NCBI RefSeq assembly: GCF_006345805.1
Contig: NC_043006.1
Location: 26,846,001 to 26,910,000 of the forward strand
DNA from: Octopus sinensis
Lineage: Eukaryota
Direction: 5' to 3'
DNA length: 64,000 nt
Part shown: positions 13,046 through 25,722 of the stretch, piece by piece
Layout of the letters: each line of letters starts with the position of its first letter
Position numbering within the stretch: position 1 is the stretch's first letter
Translations under genes and position numbers: made by a program
Notes under the pieces: model-generated
Database searches by the model: none
Told to the model about the DNA's origin: nothing
Seen by the model: only the letters and a program-made list of their open reading frames with translations

Positions 13046-13356
13046 CTAGCAGTATCGCCCGGCATTGCTCGGGTTTGTAAGGGAAATAACTATATATATA
13101 TATAAGCATTTTTAGAGAGTTACTTCCCTTATATAACCTGAGCAAAAATAATTAAAAATGCGGAAAAATGATGGTAAATTATTTTTTAATCGTAGACTCA
13201 TCGTAGACATGTGCTAATACCCAGAAGGGCTCGATATGAATGACGACTATAAGATACCCGCTTTTGGTTAAACTGCACCGCAAAATGTGGGAGTAGTTAG
13301 GAATCTAAATCGGAGGAGACAGTCTCACACATACAAGTTCAATTTTATATATAAAG

Positions 13357-13357
<1 letters not shown>
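13046..13357 (-). mobile_element. Non-autonomous Helitron
   Basis: Minus strand A|TCTTTATATATAAA...CCCGAGCAATGCCGGG (hairpin) CGATACTGCTAG|T: 5' TC, 3' hairpin + CTAG, inserted between A and T. Confidence 0.8.
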
Positions 13358-13387
<30 letters not shown>

Positions 13388-13869
13388 TGTGTATAAACAA
13401 TTAGTTAATCATAAGTTAGAAAAAAAACCCCACCTCAGTGAGTGATAGCGTTGTTATATTTTTATGTATCATTGAGAAGTATATTACTGGTTATGGCATA
13501 TAAGTGATCAGAATGTTACTGTCAGTTTTGTACTGACTAATGCACTGCAATATTCACAACTCCTGACATTCTGACCAGTTATATACCATAATCACTAATA
13601 TACTGCTCAATAAGATTACACATTTATATACATACACATGCATACACATACACATGCATACACTTATATGAACTTTGTATCCTGTTAGAATAACACAAAA
13701 TAACTGTAGACCAGTTCATTCCTCACCCCATTAATATAATTTCTTTCTTTGTCATCTAAGATCCATCTAATAAAGGAAAGTGCCATCAAGAGTCATAAAA
13801 CTATAAACAATAAAACATCTGGTCTGGTTTTCTACCTTCTACAATTTAATTATCAAGAACATAATTTAT

Positions 13870-14117
13870 ATAAAATGGCACGTAAAAAGCACCAACCGAT
13901 CGTGGCCGCTGCCAGCCTCCCCTGGCACCTGTGCTGGTGGCACGTAAAAAGCACCCACTACACTCACGGAGTGGTTGGCATTAGGAAGAGCATCCAGCTG
14001 TAGAAAAACTGCCAGATCAGACTGGAGCATGGTGCAGCCTCCTGGCTTCCCAGACCCCGGTCGAACCGTCCAACTCATGCTAGCACAGAAAATGGACATT
14101 AATCGATGATGATGATG
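13870..14117 (+). mobile_element. RTE LINE 3' tail
   Basis: Homologous, in inverted orientation, to 6715-7030; ends in (GAT)n. Confidence 0.8.
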
Positions 14118-14230
14118 AAAGGTTTAGCTGATAGTTTTGATTATACTGTTGTAACTGTTTTAACAGTATACAAGTTTGGTGTCATTCTTACTTGCATTTT
14201 TGCTACTATTTGTTTTCTTAAACATTTAAG

Positions 14231-14393
14231 TGTTGATGTGGTGCGGAACAAATTGGATTCAGAGAACCTTGGAATCATCACGCTAAGCAGTTTTATGCAA
14301 GAATTTTATCCTGAAGAAGGAAGTCAAGGCTGTCCAAATCGCTTTATAGTGTTTCATTACAATGGACTTTCTCAATCATGTCCACAAACAAAG
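14231..14393 (+). CDS. MINDY3: MINDY3 coding exon
   Basis: catttaag| (AAG acceptor)...AAAG|gtaaat. VDVVRNKLDSENLGIITLSSFMQEFYPEEGSQGCPNRFIVFHYNGLSQSCPQTK vs human KNKLDPEGLGII...FQEFFP...FTVYHYNGL. Confidence 0.92.
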
Positions 14394-14499
14394 GTAAATC
14401 AATATCATACTTTTTATTTGCAGTTCTCATGCAATACAAATTTGTGTTTCTTTAGTAATTCATGTTTCTCTATGGCAATTATAATTGGTTTTGAATTTT

Positions 14500-14700
14500 G
14501 ACACAAGGCCAGCAATTTCAGGAGAGGGGTAAGTTGATTACATTGACCCTAGTATTCAGCTGGTACTTATTTCAACAAATTCAAAAGGTTAAAAGACAAA
14601 GTCAACCCTAGTAGAATTTGAACTGAGAACATGAAGACAGAATAAAAATGCTGTTTAGCAGTTTGTCCAGCATGCTGATGATCCTGCCGGCTTACATTTT
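14500..14700 (-). mobile_element. Second tRNA-derived SINE family (degenerate)
   Basis: Shares ttctgagttcaaattc...gtcgactttgcc...aagtaccag with copies at 33000-33120 (+), 35850-36060 (+), 51270-51410 (-). Confidence 0.6.
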
Positions 14701-14879
14701 GAATGATTGTGTTGTTTTTTAAGACAAATATCAAGTTAATCTTGAGCTGAGTTAGATTAAGCTCCAGTGAGCTATATGTTGTGCAGATTCATAATAATAA
14801 AATATTGTATTACTGATGAGTAAATAAGTTGCTTTAATTTAATGGTTCAGGATATCTACTTTGCTATGATAATACTCCA

Positions 14880-15125
14880 TAAGCCTTGATCATGTGATAC
14901 CTTGTGACAACGAAACTGTTGTGACATTCTTTTGTTCAATTGTCCCACACCTTTATGGGTCTCCCACTTCCACGTGTTCCATCCACTTTGAATGATCAGC
15001 ACTTCTTTATGGAGCTGTCAGCATCCATCTGCATCACATGACCAAACCAGTGCAGTCTTCTCTTTTGCACACAACAACCAATTCCTCTTATGCCTAACTT
15101 CTCTGTCATACTTGCATGCTTACAT
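14880..15125 (-). mobile_element. RTE LINE RT C-terminal fragment
   Basis: KLGIRGIGCCVQKRRLHWFGHVMQMDADS...GTRGSGRPIKVW on minus. Confidence 0.75.
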
Positions 15126-15527
15126 TCTGAAGTAAAAAATATTATTTTTAAAGCATTTAAATTGAATAATATATTTTGAATTTATTTACACTTTTATTAG
15201 TGGATACCTTTAAAATCATTTAAGCACAAGGGGATGAACAGTCTGTACTGTCATTCAATATATGAAATGTTGTGGGATTTAAAGAGTTAATATTTACTCA
15301 AAAAATTTCTTTGATATTTTTGATATTTTGAGAAAAAATATGGACATTGTAGTTCTTCATTTATTTCTAACCTGAAAAGTCTATGGCTTTGCATTTGAAA
15401 ATCAGTTTACTATTTAGATCAAAAATTAATCTGTTACACAGTGTAAAAAGAAAGGTTCAAGCATTGTTTAGTAGGAATTACATGTGGTAACATTAAATAT
15501 ATATATATATCTTTTTACTTTTTCTAG

Positions 15528-15683
15528 GTTGCCTACCAAGAAGGTTCCATTACATTGCTGGTTGAAGAAGAGTACGATATGCAAATAGTTGTTGAGAGCA
15601 CACCTATAAAGACTTGCCTAGAAACTAAGTGGCCGTTTATAGACATAACATGGAAAGACAATCATGTACCTTCATTAAACTAA
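15528..15683 (+). CDS. MINDY3: MINDY3 terminal coding exon
   Basis: tttctag|, stop TAA at 15681-15683. VAYQEG...STPIKTCLETKWPFIDITWKDNHVPSLN* vs human TPIKRCLQTKWPYIELLWTTDRSPSLN*. Confidence 0.96.
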   Translation, partial: VAYQEGSITLLVEEEYDMQIVVESTPIKTCLETKWPFIDITWKDNHVPSLN

Positions 15684-15722
15684 AATGTTGCTGATGTCCA
15701 GTTGTTGTTCAACCATGTAACT

Positions 15723-15875
15723 GTATATATATATATGTTTATATAAATTTATGTATATATATGTTTATATAAATTTATATATATATATGTTTATATATAT
15801 ATTATACATATAATGTTTATATATATATATATATATAATATATTTATACATATGTATGTATATATATATATATAC

Positions 15876-15913
<38 letters not shown>

Positions 15914-15920
15914 TATATAT

Positions 15921-15954
<34 letters not shown>

Positions 15955-16156
15955 GTATATATATGTTTATATATATTTATATATATATATATATACGTAT
16001 ATATATATGTATATATGTATGTATATATGTATGTATATATATATGTGTATATATGTATGTATATATATGTATATATTATGTATATATATGTATATATGTT
16101 ATATATATATATTATGTATATATATGTATGTATATATATATGTATGTATATATATG

Positions 16157-16195
<39 letters not shown>

Positions 16196-16582
16196 GTAGT
16201 ATATATATGTATGTATATATATATATATATATATAATATATGTATGTATTATATATATGTATGTATATATATGATTGAATCAATCAATCATATGTATGTA
16301 TATATATATGTATGTGTGTATATATATGTATATATGTATGTATGTATATATGTATGTATATATGTATGTATATATGTATGTATGTATATATGTATGTATA
16401 TATGTATGTATGTATATATGTATGTATATATGTATGTATATATATATGTATATATATGTATGTATATATATATGTATGTATATATATATGTATATATGTA
16501 TGTATATATATATGTATGTATGTATGTATATATATATGTATGTATATATGTATGTATATATATATGTATGTATATATATATG

Positions 16583-16617
<35 letters not shown>

Positions 16618-16861
16618 GTATATGTATGTCTATGTATGTGTATATGTATGTCTATATATGTATGTATATATGTATATATATATGTATATATATGTATATA
16701 TATGTATATATATATGTATGTATATATATATGTATATATATATGTATATATATATGTATATATATGTATATATTATGTATATATATGTATAATATATATA
16801 TGTATGTATATGTATGTATATATATGATGTATATATATATGTATGTATATATATATGTATG

Positions 16862-16901
<40 letters not shown>

Positions 16902-16941
16902 TGTATGTATATATATATATATGTATGTATATATATGATGT

Positions 16942-16982
<41 letters not shown>

Positions 16983-17008
16983 TATGTATGTATATATATA
17001 TATATATG

Positions 17009-17043
<35 letters not shown>

Positions 17044-17235
17044 TGTGTGTATGTATGTATATATATATATGTATGTATATATATATATGTATATCTATTT
17101 ATATATATATGTATATATATATACATATATATATATGTATATCTATTTATATATATATATGTATATATACATATATATGTGTATGTATATATATATATAT
17201 ATATACACACATATATATACATATATATGTGTATG

Positions 17236-17268
<33 letters not shown>

Positions 17269-17333
17269 GTGTATGTATATATATATATATATATACACAT
17301 ATATATACACATATATAAGTATATATATATATA
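15723..17333. repeat. ~1.6-kb compound (TA)n/(TATG)n microsatellite
   Basis: Almost pure alternating purine-pyrimidine sequence; explains all I/Y/C/M/V-rich ORFs here. Confidence 0.98.
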
Positions 17334-18795
17334 AAAACGTGTGTATCTACCCTTTCTTAATGCAGTAATTTGTATTTTAACTGTGGCTCTAAACATTGCA
17401 AACAGTTTACTGATATTTTGATTTGGAAGGAAAAAAACAGAAGCAAAACACACATACACAAGCTCATCCCCTGCTTTTAAATAGAGTAGCTTACAGATTA
17501 AAATCTGTTGGGAAAGGCTCAAGAGTTGATGGATTGACTCTGAAAAGTAATTTGCATTCTTTTTTTTATCAAAATCTCTAGTGTTAATTTATTCTGGGTA
17601 ATTTTTTTTTCTTGTCTGAATTTGTGTATACAAAGCCTTTCCTTGTTTTTGTCTGTCTATTTGCAGAGACAGTGTATTCACATGTAATGTATATACACTA
17701 TATGTGCAGTACAAAGTCTGTTGGTTTATGGCATGTCCATTTTTCACTCTAAAAGGTATCAATATAGTTGTGTGTGTGCATTTATAAAAAAAAAAAAGAA
17801 AAATTAAAACAGCTGAGGCAGTACAATTAAGTGGAGGTCTTAGTGCATCTATATTGATACCTCATAGTTCAAATCCTGCCAGTGACAGCTTTGGTTTTTG
17901 TCCTGAGGTTGATAAGGTACCAGAAATATGCTAGAGATGATTGAATTGATAACTAAAAGGAAATTTATACTAAAAAAAATTACAGCTTCATATGTAATAA
18001 ATCTATGTATCATTCTAATTGTTTTTTTTTTTGCCCTGAGGCATTTTTTTCTTTGACTCTGGTGTCATTCTACTTGTCACAACATTTGTATGTTAGGCTT
18101 TTGAAGGGATTTAACCATGTCTTTACTTCAATTGTTATGTAATTTAGTCAGATAGGCAGACTAAGATGGCAGGAGAGAACTAACTATTGTTAGTAGAGTG
18201 AGGCAGCAATAGTCAGAGAGGAAAGATATCAACAAAAAAGATTATGTACAGTGAAATCCTGGACTAAATACCAGAAATTTCCAATTTTATAAACTCATCT
18301 TCCAAACAATTTTGGTTAAATTTACATCTGCTCTAAATCTTAATTTTTCAATAACCTCAATCTTGCTCATTGTCATAAAAGTAATTAACATGATGAAATA
18401 ATGTTATGAAATCATTATATAAATTTATGCATCAAGATAGAAATAGTAAAATTTATAAATCATAGAATTTCAACATGTCCTGCTTACATTACCTTCACTG
18501 TTACTCTGTCTCTTGTAGTTAGACTATCAGTCAGCAAGGAAAGTATTTCAGTTTCTTAAACTAAAGAATGAAATTGAAAACATGAAGCAGATAAGAAGTT
18601 CATCTTTTTATACTTAGGTGCAGACATGTGGTTTCAGGTTCAATCCCATAGCTCAGTAACTTTGGTGTCTTTGGCTTTAGCCCTGGGTTAACCAATACTT
18701 TGTGAAGGGATTTGGTAGATGGAAAGTGTGCAGAAGTCTGTTATGTATGTTAAAATAAATATAAATTAGATACAGGTGTGTGTGTATACATACAC

Positions 18796-18829
<34 letters not shown>

Positions 18830-20391
18830 TGTATATCACACACACATATATAACACATACATTTTATGTTACACACTTATACATATGTATATTCATGTGT
18901 GTGTGTAGTGTGTATGTATGCACAGATATGCATGAAAGTTGATATTCCAAGCTTGTCATCAGTTGTGCAAAGGAGTGGTAATGTTGACTTTCCTAGTTGA
19001 CTGGTTGCCCTGTGCTAAAAATAAAAAAAATATTTAATCTCTTATTTGAAAGCAGATAAAAGCTGGTGACAGGAAGAGCATCCAGTCATAAAATTTTGTT
19101 TCTTTTATATACAGTCTTTAAAGAAGAGCAAAACAAAAAAATTACAAAGTCTATCAAATAGAAAATCAACAGATTAAAAAAAAAAAAAGAATGTGGCTAG
19201 AAAACAGGAAACTGATTGTCAGTGATAACATTAACGGAAAGCAAATGCAACTAAATAACTCAAAGACCAGCTGGTAGAATATGTAGAGCCTCAAGAAAGG
19301 AATCAAATGCAAGAAATACTGAATGAGCACTTAGTTGATTTGAGAAATGTTCAGACAAGAAGACAACATTAGAGACAATTTGCAATCTGGTACTCCTATG
19401 ATATGGCAAAAAAATGAGCAAGTTTCAGTTGAACCCTACAATTTACATCAGAGTAATGGCTAGATCCTATCTTCATTGTAATACTTTGAGATCCAGAATT
19501 GAGCTTATATGCTGTGGTCATAATGTAAAATTTGACTTTCTTTTCTGCAGTCATATCCTGAAAGAAGCTAATAATATCTGTACAGTTTCTTTCATTTTAC
19601 TTGGTACAGAAATTACCATACCTGTGCACAGAAAATGATCATCCAGCATATACCAACTTTACACTATTGTTGCTGTTCAAAATTTAGAATGTGTACCTAA
19701 TAATTTATTTTATAAGTAATGAAATTGCCACTGTGTTTATTGGTGAAAATGAAGTCCCTCTGTGCCATTAACAAGTGTCTCATACCTTGCCATCTTGATT
19801 TTATTTTTCAAACTAAGGTGACTATACAAAAGTTCTACTGTTGACATCTAAAATACAGAGGTGGCTTCTGTTATTCATAGATCAGGAAAGGTTTTTCAAC
19901 TACATTTAATTAGTATATATCAAAAATTTAAGGGTGCTATTTACAGTTTTTAAGAAGCAACCTATTTCAGCTGTAAGTTGGACAATGAACTTACAGCTGG
20001 AGGGAGAGAAAAAACAACTTAAAACTATGAGTAGTAGAGATTTTCCAGCTGTTATAGCAACGGTAGCGATGTATAGTACATCTAACTTTTTAGCGTACAC
20101 CTGTAATCTAAACATGCCAAAATTGTAAACACTCTAACAAGAAATAAACTGGAAAATTAATGAAACTTGCTAACATCCACAATAAAATTTAAATGTCAAG
20201 CCTGTTCATTGGACAGATTAAACTGTTGATAATGTTCAATGAACCATTTTCATGTCATGGAAATGCCCATCATCTTAAATAAATTACTATTCAGTACAAT
20301 GGTATTGAGAACTTGTTCTTTCATTTATTACAGCCAACATATATATTTGTTTGAAGTTGATGACACGGTTTGTCACTAATCAGTTTCTTGC

Positions 20392-20641
20392 AAAATCAGT
20401 TCTGCTTTTTGTTGAGTAGTGATGGAGTGACTCATCAGTTGTAAATGGATATACTTTACATATATTGTCCAGTTTGTTTACCCAAATTCGTGAAAATATA
20501 TATATACATATAATGTAAAATCAGTTCTGCTTTTTGTTGAGTAGTGATGGAGTGACTCATCAGTTGTAAATGGATATACTTTACATATATTGTCCAGTTT
20601 GTTTACCCAAATTCGTGAAAATATATATATACATATAATGT
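20392..20641. repeat. Perfect tandem duplication, 2 x 125 bp
   Basis: 20392-20516 is repeated identically at 20517-20641. Confidence 0.95.
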
Positions 20642-22335
20642 GAATTCATTAGACAAGCCCCCTCAACTGACAGGGAAGTTGTATTGAGGGTAGGTGGCTT
20701 TGTGCTAGCTAATGAAAGGTTAGAGTATGATAGAGGGATAAAAAAAAAAAGGTTTCTTGCTGTAGATGAGATATATGGCTACCCCAGTTAGGAAAAGAGA
20801 AAGAGAAAATGGTGAAGATGTATTGGGACCCAGCCTCACATTACAAGAAGTATATAAGTGGTACAGAGGATTAGATAGGGTGAGTGGGCAGGTAAGTTCA
20901 TGAAAGTGCAAAAGGAGAATATATGATAGGGAAGCAAATACAATGAGTGTATACATGTGTGTTCACGAATATGAGTTGCAGAGAAAAGAGACAAGTTGTG
21001 CACAGGTAAGTTCATGTGAGTGAGAGATAGAGGTGAAATGAGTGAAGGGAGGCAGATGTGTTAGGAAGATGAGGAGCATAGACACGATCAATGTGCCTTT
21101 AGAGTTTTGTTACTACTTAGATAGGCAGGTCTTCTGAAGCACAGCAAATCACCAATTATCTCGGTCCTTTATCATATTTTATGTGAGCCTCAACATCTGA
21201 AGGTCATTTCTCACCACTTTTTCCTGAGTCTACCTCTTCCATAGGTTCCATTCACATTTAGTGATCAGTACTTCTTTATGCTAGTGTCTTCATCCATATA
21301 CATCACATGACTATATCAGTGCAGTCTTTTGCATACCACATCTGATGTATCTTATGCACAGTTTTGCTTTCAACTCATTTACTCTTTGTCATACATGCAT
21401 ACTGACATTGCATATCCAACAGAACAGGCTAGCTTCATTTCTTTTGCGCTTAAGTATGTTATCTGCATTCACAGCCCACGTTTCACTACCATGTAGCATT
21501 GCTGTTAATACATGAAAGGCAGATCATATGATGTTCATCCTGAGAGAGAAGCCCTTTGTTACCAACAAAGGTAATAGTTTTCTGAACTTTTTCCAGCCAG
21601 TTCTGATTCTAGTGACTATGCTTTCAGAACGTCCTCCTCCACTGCTATTTAGGGTGCTGTGGTAACAAAACTATCTACTATCTTTAAGGTATCTCCTGAG
21701 CATTTGAGAGAATCTATTTCCAATGAGTTCTTAGTGTTTATTGTTCCTGCACATCTAGTACACACAAAAACTACTTTCTCTGTTAACTTTTCTGTGATTC
21801 CACTGCACGTTTTATGTGTCCATAACTTGTACTGAATACACCATATGGAATTTCCAACTACACCTTTCCTACATATTGGGCAGAGCCATTTTCCTGAAGG
21901 AATTAGTAATTTGTTTGCTTTCCGGCTTATTCAGGTTTCAATCTTTGTTAGGTTAACTTCAAGACCCTTTGATTCCAAGCCTTGCTTCCACACCCGAAAC
22001 TTTTCTGATTCTACTATAAATTCAGCTATAAGAATACGATCATCAGCGTAGAGGAGCTCCTATGGGCACTCAGTCTTAAACATCTCTGTTATGGCCTGGA
22101 GGATTATAATAAGTAAGAGCAGACTGAGAAATGAGCCCTAGTGGACTCCTACCTGCACACTAAGTTCATTACTATATTTATTACTGACTTTCAATTTACT
22201 AACAAAGCACTCCTGTATATGGCTGGGATGATTGTCATATGTATACTTATGTAATTGTTTCATGAGAAAAGACTTAAGAGAATGCAGTCGCCAAGAAGCA
22301 ATGAACGTGTGAAGAAAAACCAGAGCCTGGAGCAA
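20640..22335 (-). mobile_element. RTE LINE, degenerate RT + PHD-like insert + 3' UTR
   Basis: Minus: GVH*GSFLSLLLLIIILQAITEMFKTECP*ELLYADD (YADD at 22039-22050), then a C4HC3 finger, LKIVDSF and the RTE C-terminus; purine-rich UTR at 20640-21100. Confidence 0.85.
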
Positions 22336-23329
22336 ATATATCCCCCTATTGTCCTATTTTGTACTTTTGCTTTTCAACTGAATGAGAAGTGCATAGGTTT
22401 GTGTACACAAGGCTTAAGTTGATTAATTAAACCTGTTTCATGATTGAATAATAACATTGCATCTTAATGAAACTAGTTTTCTATTTTATCAATTCTAGAT
22501 TACAGTGTGTAACATGAAATTGCTTGATGACACCTAAAGTTGTTAAGAGGGTGCAACAGCATTGCCTACACCTTCACTTGTATTCATACCACTAAAAATA
22601 GCTTGTATCTCTATGCTGTTATAATAACCCCATGTGGTGCTGTTTTCTTTATATTTGCATTTTTTTAGAAACATAATTGAGACGTAACCAAAGTATTACT
22701 GTGTGCATATATATATATGTTTTTCTCTGTGTGTGTGTGTGCATATCTGGAAATACTGACATTCCACAGCTTTGCTTGTCATCTGAGTGAAACAGTGATG
22801 TGATGTTTCAAAGACCAGTGGAGTAGTGAATTTGTTGCCTCAAGCAAGTCCCTGACCAACCAGTGGTTGGACAGGGACTTATTTGTTTGATTGAACAAAC
22901 AAATATCATTATTTGTTTGACTGATCAAACAAATTTGATTGTTTTACATGGTGGCATGGGTTAGAAAAATACATATTATTGAGGCATTGTTTTGTGAGTG
23001 GATGCCTTTTTTTATTGCTAGCTCTTTCCTGTGTTTCAGTTTAGCAAGTTTTCGTTCCACTTGTCTTTGAAGAAGCAGAGCTAGTGGATGATTTGTTGAC
23101 AGGAAATGTCAACAGCTATCATTGTCTGCAGTTCAGCAATTTTGCATGTAAAGTGCAAAATGTAAGCATTCATACAGGCATGTACATGCATACCCATCCA
23201 TCCATCCATCCATACATACATTTATATGTGTGTGTACATTTGTATAAAAAGATATGAGATGAAGTGATAAAAACTGATTTAAAATGCTGAGCTTTGTAAT
23301 GGAGATGAAAAGTGGCAGTGACAACTGGT

Positions 23330-24400
23330 AACATGTACTGGAGAAAAACCCATTCTTTCAACCAAGCATGGATATAACAAGGAGGGTGCTGGTGGCTGAT
23401 ATTCTCTTGCTCCTCTTCTGCCTCTCCTTCTCCATCTCTCTGCTACTGATGCTTCCATTAATTTCATCTTTTCTCACCCCATTTCAGTGGTATCCTCCTC
23501 CTTCAGTCTTCTTATATCACTGCTCTCACTGCATTTACCCTGTACTCCCTCCCACGTCTATGGTATCCTCCAGCTTTTCTTTCTGACATTGATCTCACTA
23601 CATTCATCCACTGTTCCTCCTCATAGGACAGTGGATGAATGCAGTTCATTTATTTTCTTCTCACTGTCCTCTCCTCATGGTCTCTTTACCTGAGATACGT
23701 TCTCTGCATTCACACACTGCTGTCCTTCCACCTCTATGGTACCCTCCAATCTCTCTTTTACTCCTTACTCATGCTGCACTCACTCACTGCTCTCCCACCT
23801 TCTGCCTTATTTTCCTCAGTCCATTCCCTACACCTCTTCTGCCATCTCAACATCTCATTTCTGGTCTACTCCCATGACTCTTTATGCTCTGCCTTTTATG
23901 TTCCCTTTCCTTTCACACCTAACATTGATACTTGCCTTTATAATGTGAGTTGAGCTGGACACCCCACTTCCCAACCCACTTTATCAGCCTTAATATTTTG
24001 TCCCTTTCTAGCTAACTCTTGACACTAATCCTTTTCTTATCCTCTGCCCCATCCATAATCTCTCCTCTAATAGTGTCTACTTTGTAACTCTCTCCCCTTC
24101 CACCCTCTCACAACTATCATCAATCTGTTCCTTTCTCATCACTCTGCTTAGAATCAATGAACCCTCTCTTTCAGCTATATAAGTGCTCATTAAGTTCTTT
24201 GTCTTGCAAATTGCAAAGCAACCTCACTAATGCTGGTGCCACAAAAAAGCAGCCAGTACACACTGTTGAGTATTTAGCAAAATCAAGGGCAGCCAGCCAC
24301 AGAAACCATGCCAAAGCAGACATTGGAGCATGATATGGTTCTCCAACTCATTGGATCCATCCCATGCCAGTATGGGAAATGGACAACTCCTCTTCTAATA
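23330..24400 (+). mobile_element. C/T-rich RTE-type 3' UTR ending in a degenerate RTE tail
   Basis: Long pyrimidine-rich tract followed by ggtgccacaaaaaagca...cagccacagaaaccatgcc...cccatgccagtatggg tail. Confidence 0.5.
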
Positions 24401-25489
24401 CTCATTCCTCCACTCTTCTAGCTACAGCATTACACAAGCAGGTGCATAACTGGTACTATTTATCCCCTTACACTTCACATTGTCTCCCTATTTACTCTTC
24501 TTTATCACATCTTTCTCTTCTCTGACCCTCTCTCTTATTTCTTTCACTTACTGTATTGCTGTTGAAATTTGGAGCAAGACCTAGAACAGTTGAATGTAAA
24601 ACAGTAATAGTATTTTTTTCTCTCATTTGCAAATGTGGAATGAAATAAATATGTATCGTTTACATTTAAATCAAATTTTGAGCCAGGGCAATTTTGGTGG
24701 GAGCCAGACCCATTGCGCAACTTTGCCCTGGCCTGGCACTACCATTGCTTAGATAGTTTGCACTTAATGACTAAATGCTGGACTGAACTTAATTCAACAA
24801 CTCAAAAATTGAACAACAGCATATCTTACTTACAAAATAAAATATCTACCTTTCCTCCAATAAAACCTTTGGACAGTCATCAACCAAAATAATACTAGCT
24901 GTTGGTTGACAATGTAACTGTGGAATATTAAATCCAGTGATCATTGCTAGCCTATGTAATTATTCAGTTTCTGGATTTTCACAATAATTAAAATAAGTTG
25001 TTGTGAGGAGTTTTAGTTGCTGGTATAGCAGGGAAATAAAGATATATTTTGTTGGCTGTGTGGATAATAATTGGAGCAAACTCATGAACATAACTAGTGT
25101 TTGGTGTCGGGTATTTATAATGAACCATATAAATAATTGTCAACTAGGAGAGTGACAAACTGTTCTGAAATTATAGAAAGTTATCTGTGTGACAACATAC
25201 AGTTGGTCCAAAACTATGTGAAGTTGCCTGTGCACATTTCTGTGGCAACAGAACTTTGTTAGCTGTCTGCACTCTAAGCTACATTCCAAATAGTTTTATA
25301 GGGGACCAGAAGCCTAATTCTAGAATGTTCAAGAAAACCATACTATGCCACAGCCTTCACACTGACTGGTCAATTAATAGACCAATCACATGAAACTATG
25401 GTGGTTCACTTGTGGTGTCTGACTGACTTTCAAGTAGTTGGGTTTTGAGACACTGCTACAAAGTAAATAGGCATACATACACAAGTGTA

Positions 25490-25722
25490 CCCCCACCAAA
25501 TTTTGTTTCCTCATAACTTTTAGAAAAATGGATATTTTTCATAGGAATTTTCTACAACTACCTTTCAGATAGTGTAGATTCTAATTGCATTGGAATTTGC
25601 TGCAAAAAATATTTTTGGGATTTGAGGGAAAGGAGTTTTGGATAATTCACACAAATCGACTTTGTCTCCTCATAACTTTCAGAAAAAGGGTATTTTTTAA
25701 ATTTAAATTTTCTGTAAATAAG
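25490..25722 (+). repeat. ~160-bp-period repeat family (also 27882-29058, 32400-32760)
   Basis: Recurrent tttgtttcctcataactttcagaaaaatgg...aatgaaatttt unit. Confidence 0.7.

Noticed and set aside
15765-17522. Numerous 90-260 aa ORFs rich in I/Y/C/M/V
   Set aside because: Translations of a TA/TG microsatellite that happens to lack stop codons; no protein-like complexity.
19380-20110. Cluster of canonical-looking minus-strand splice sites suggesting four small exons
   Set aside because: The phases do not join into one open frame; the apparent CAG|CT|GTAAGT micro-exon comes from a 12-bp hairpin (CAGCTGTAAGTT...AACTTACAGCTG) that gives the same pattern on both strands; no recognisable homology.
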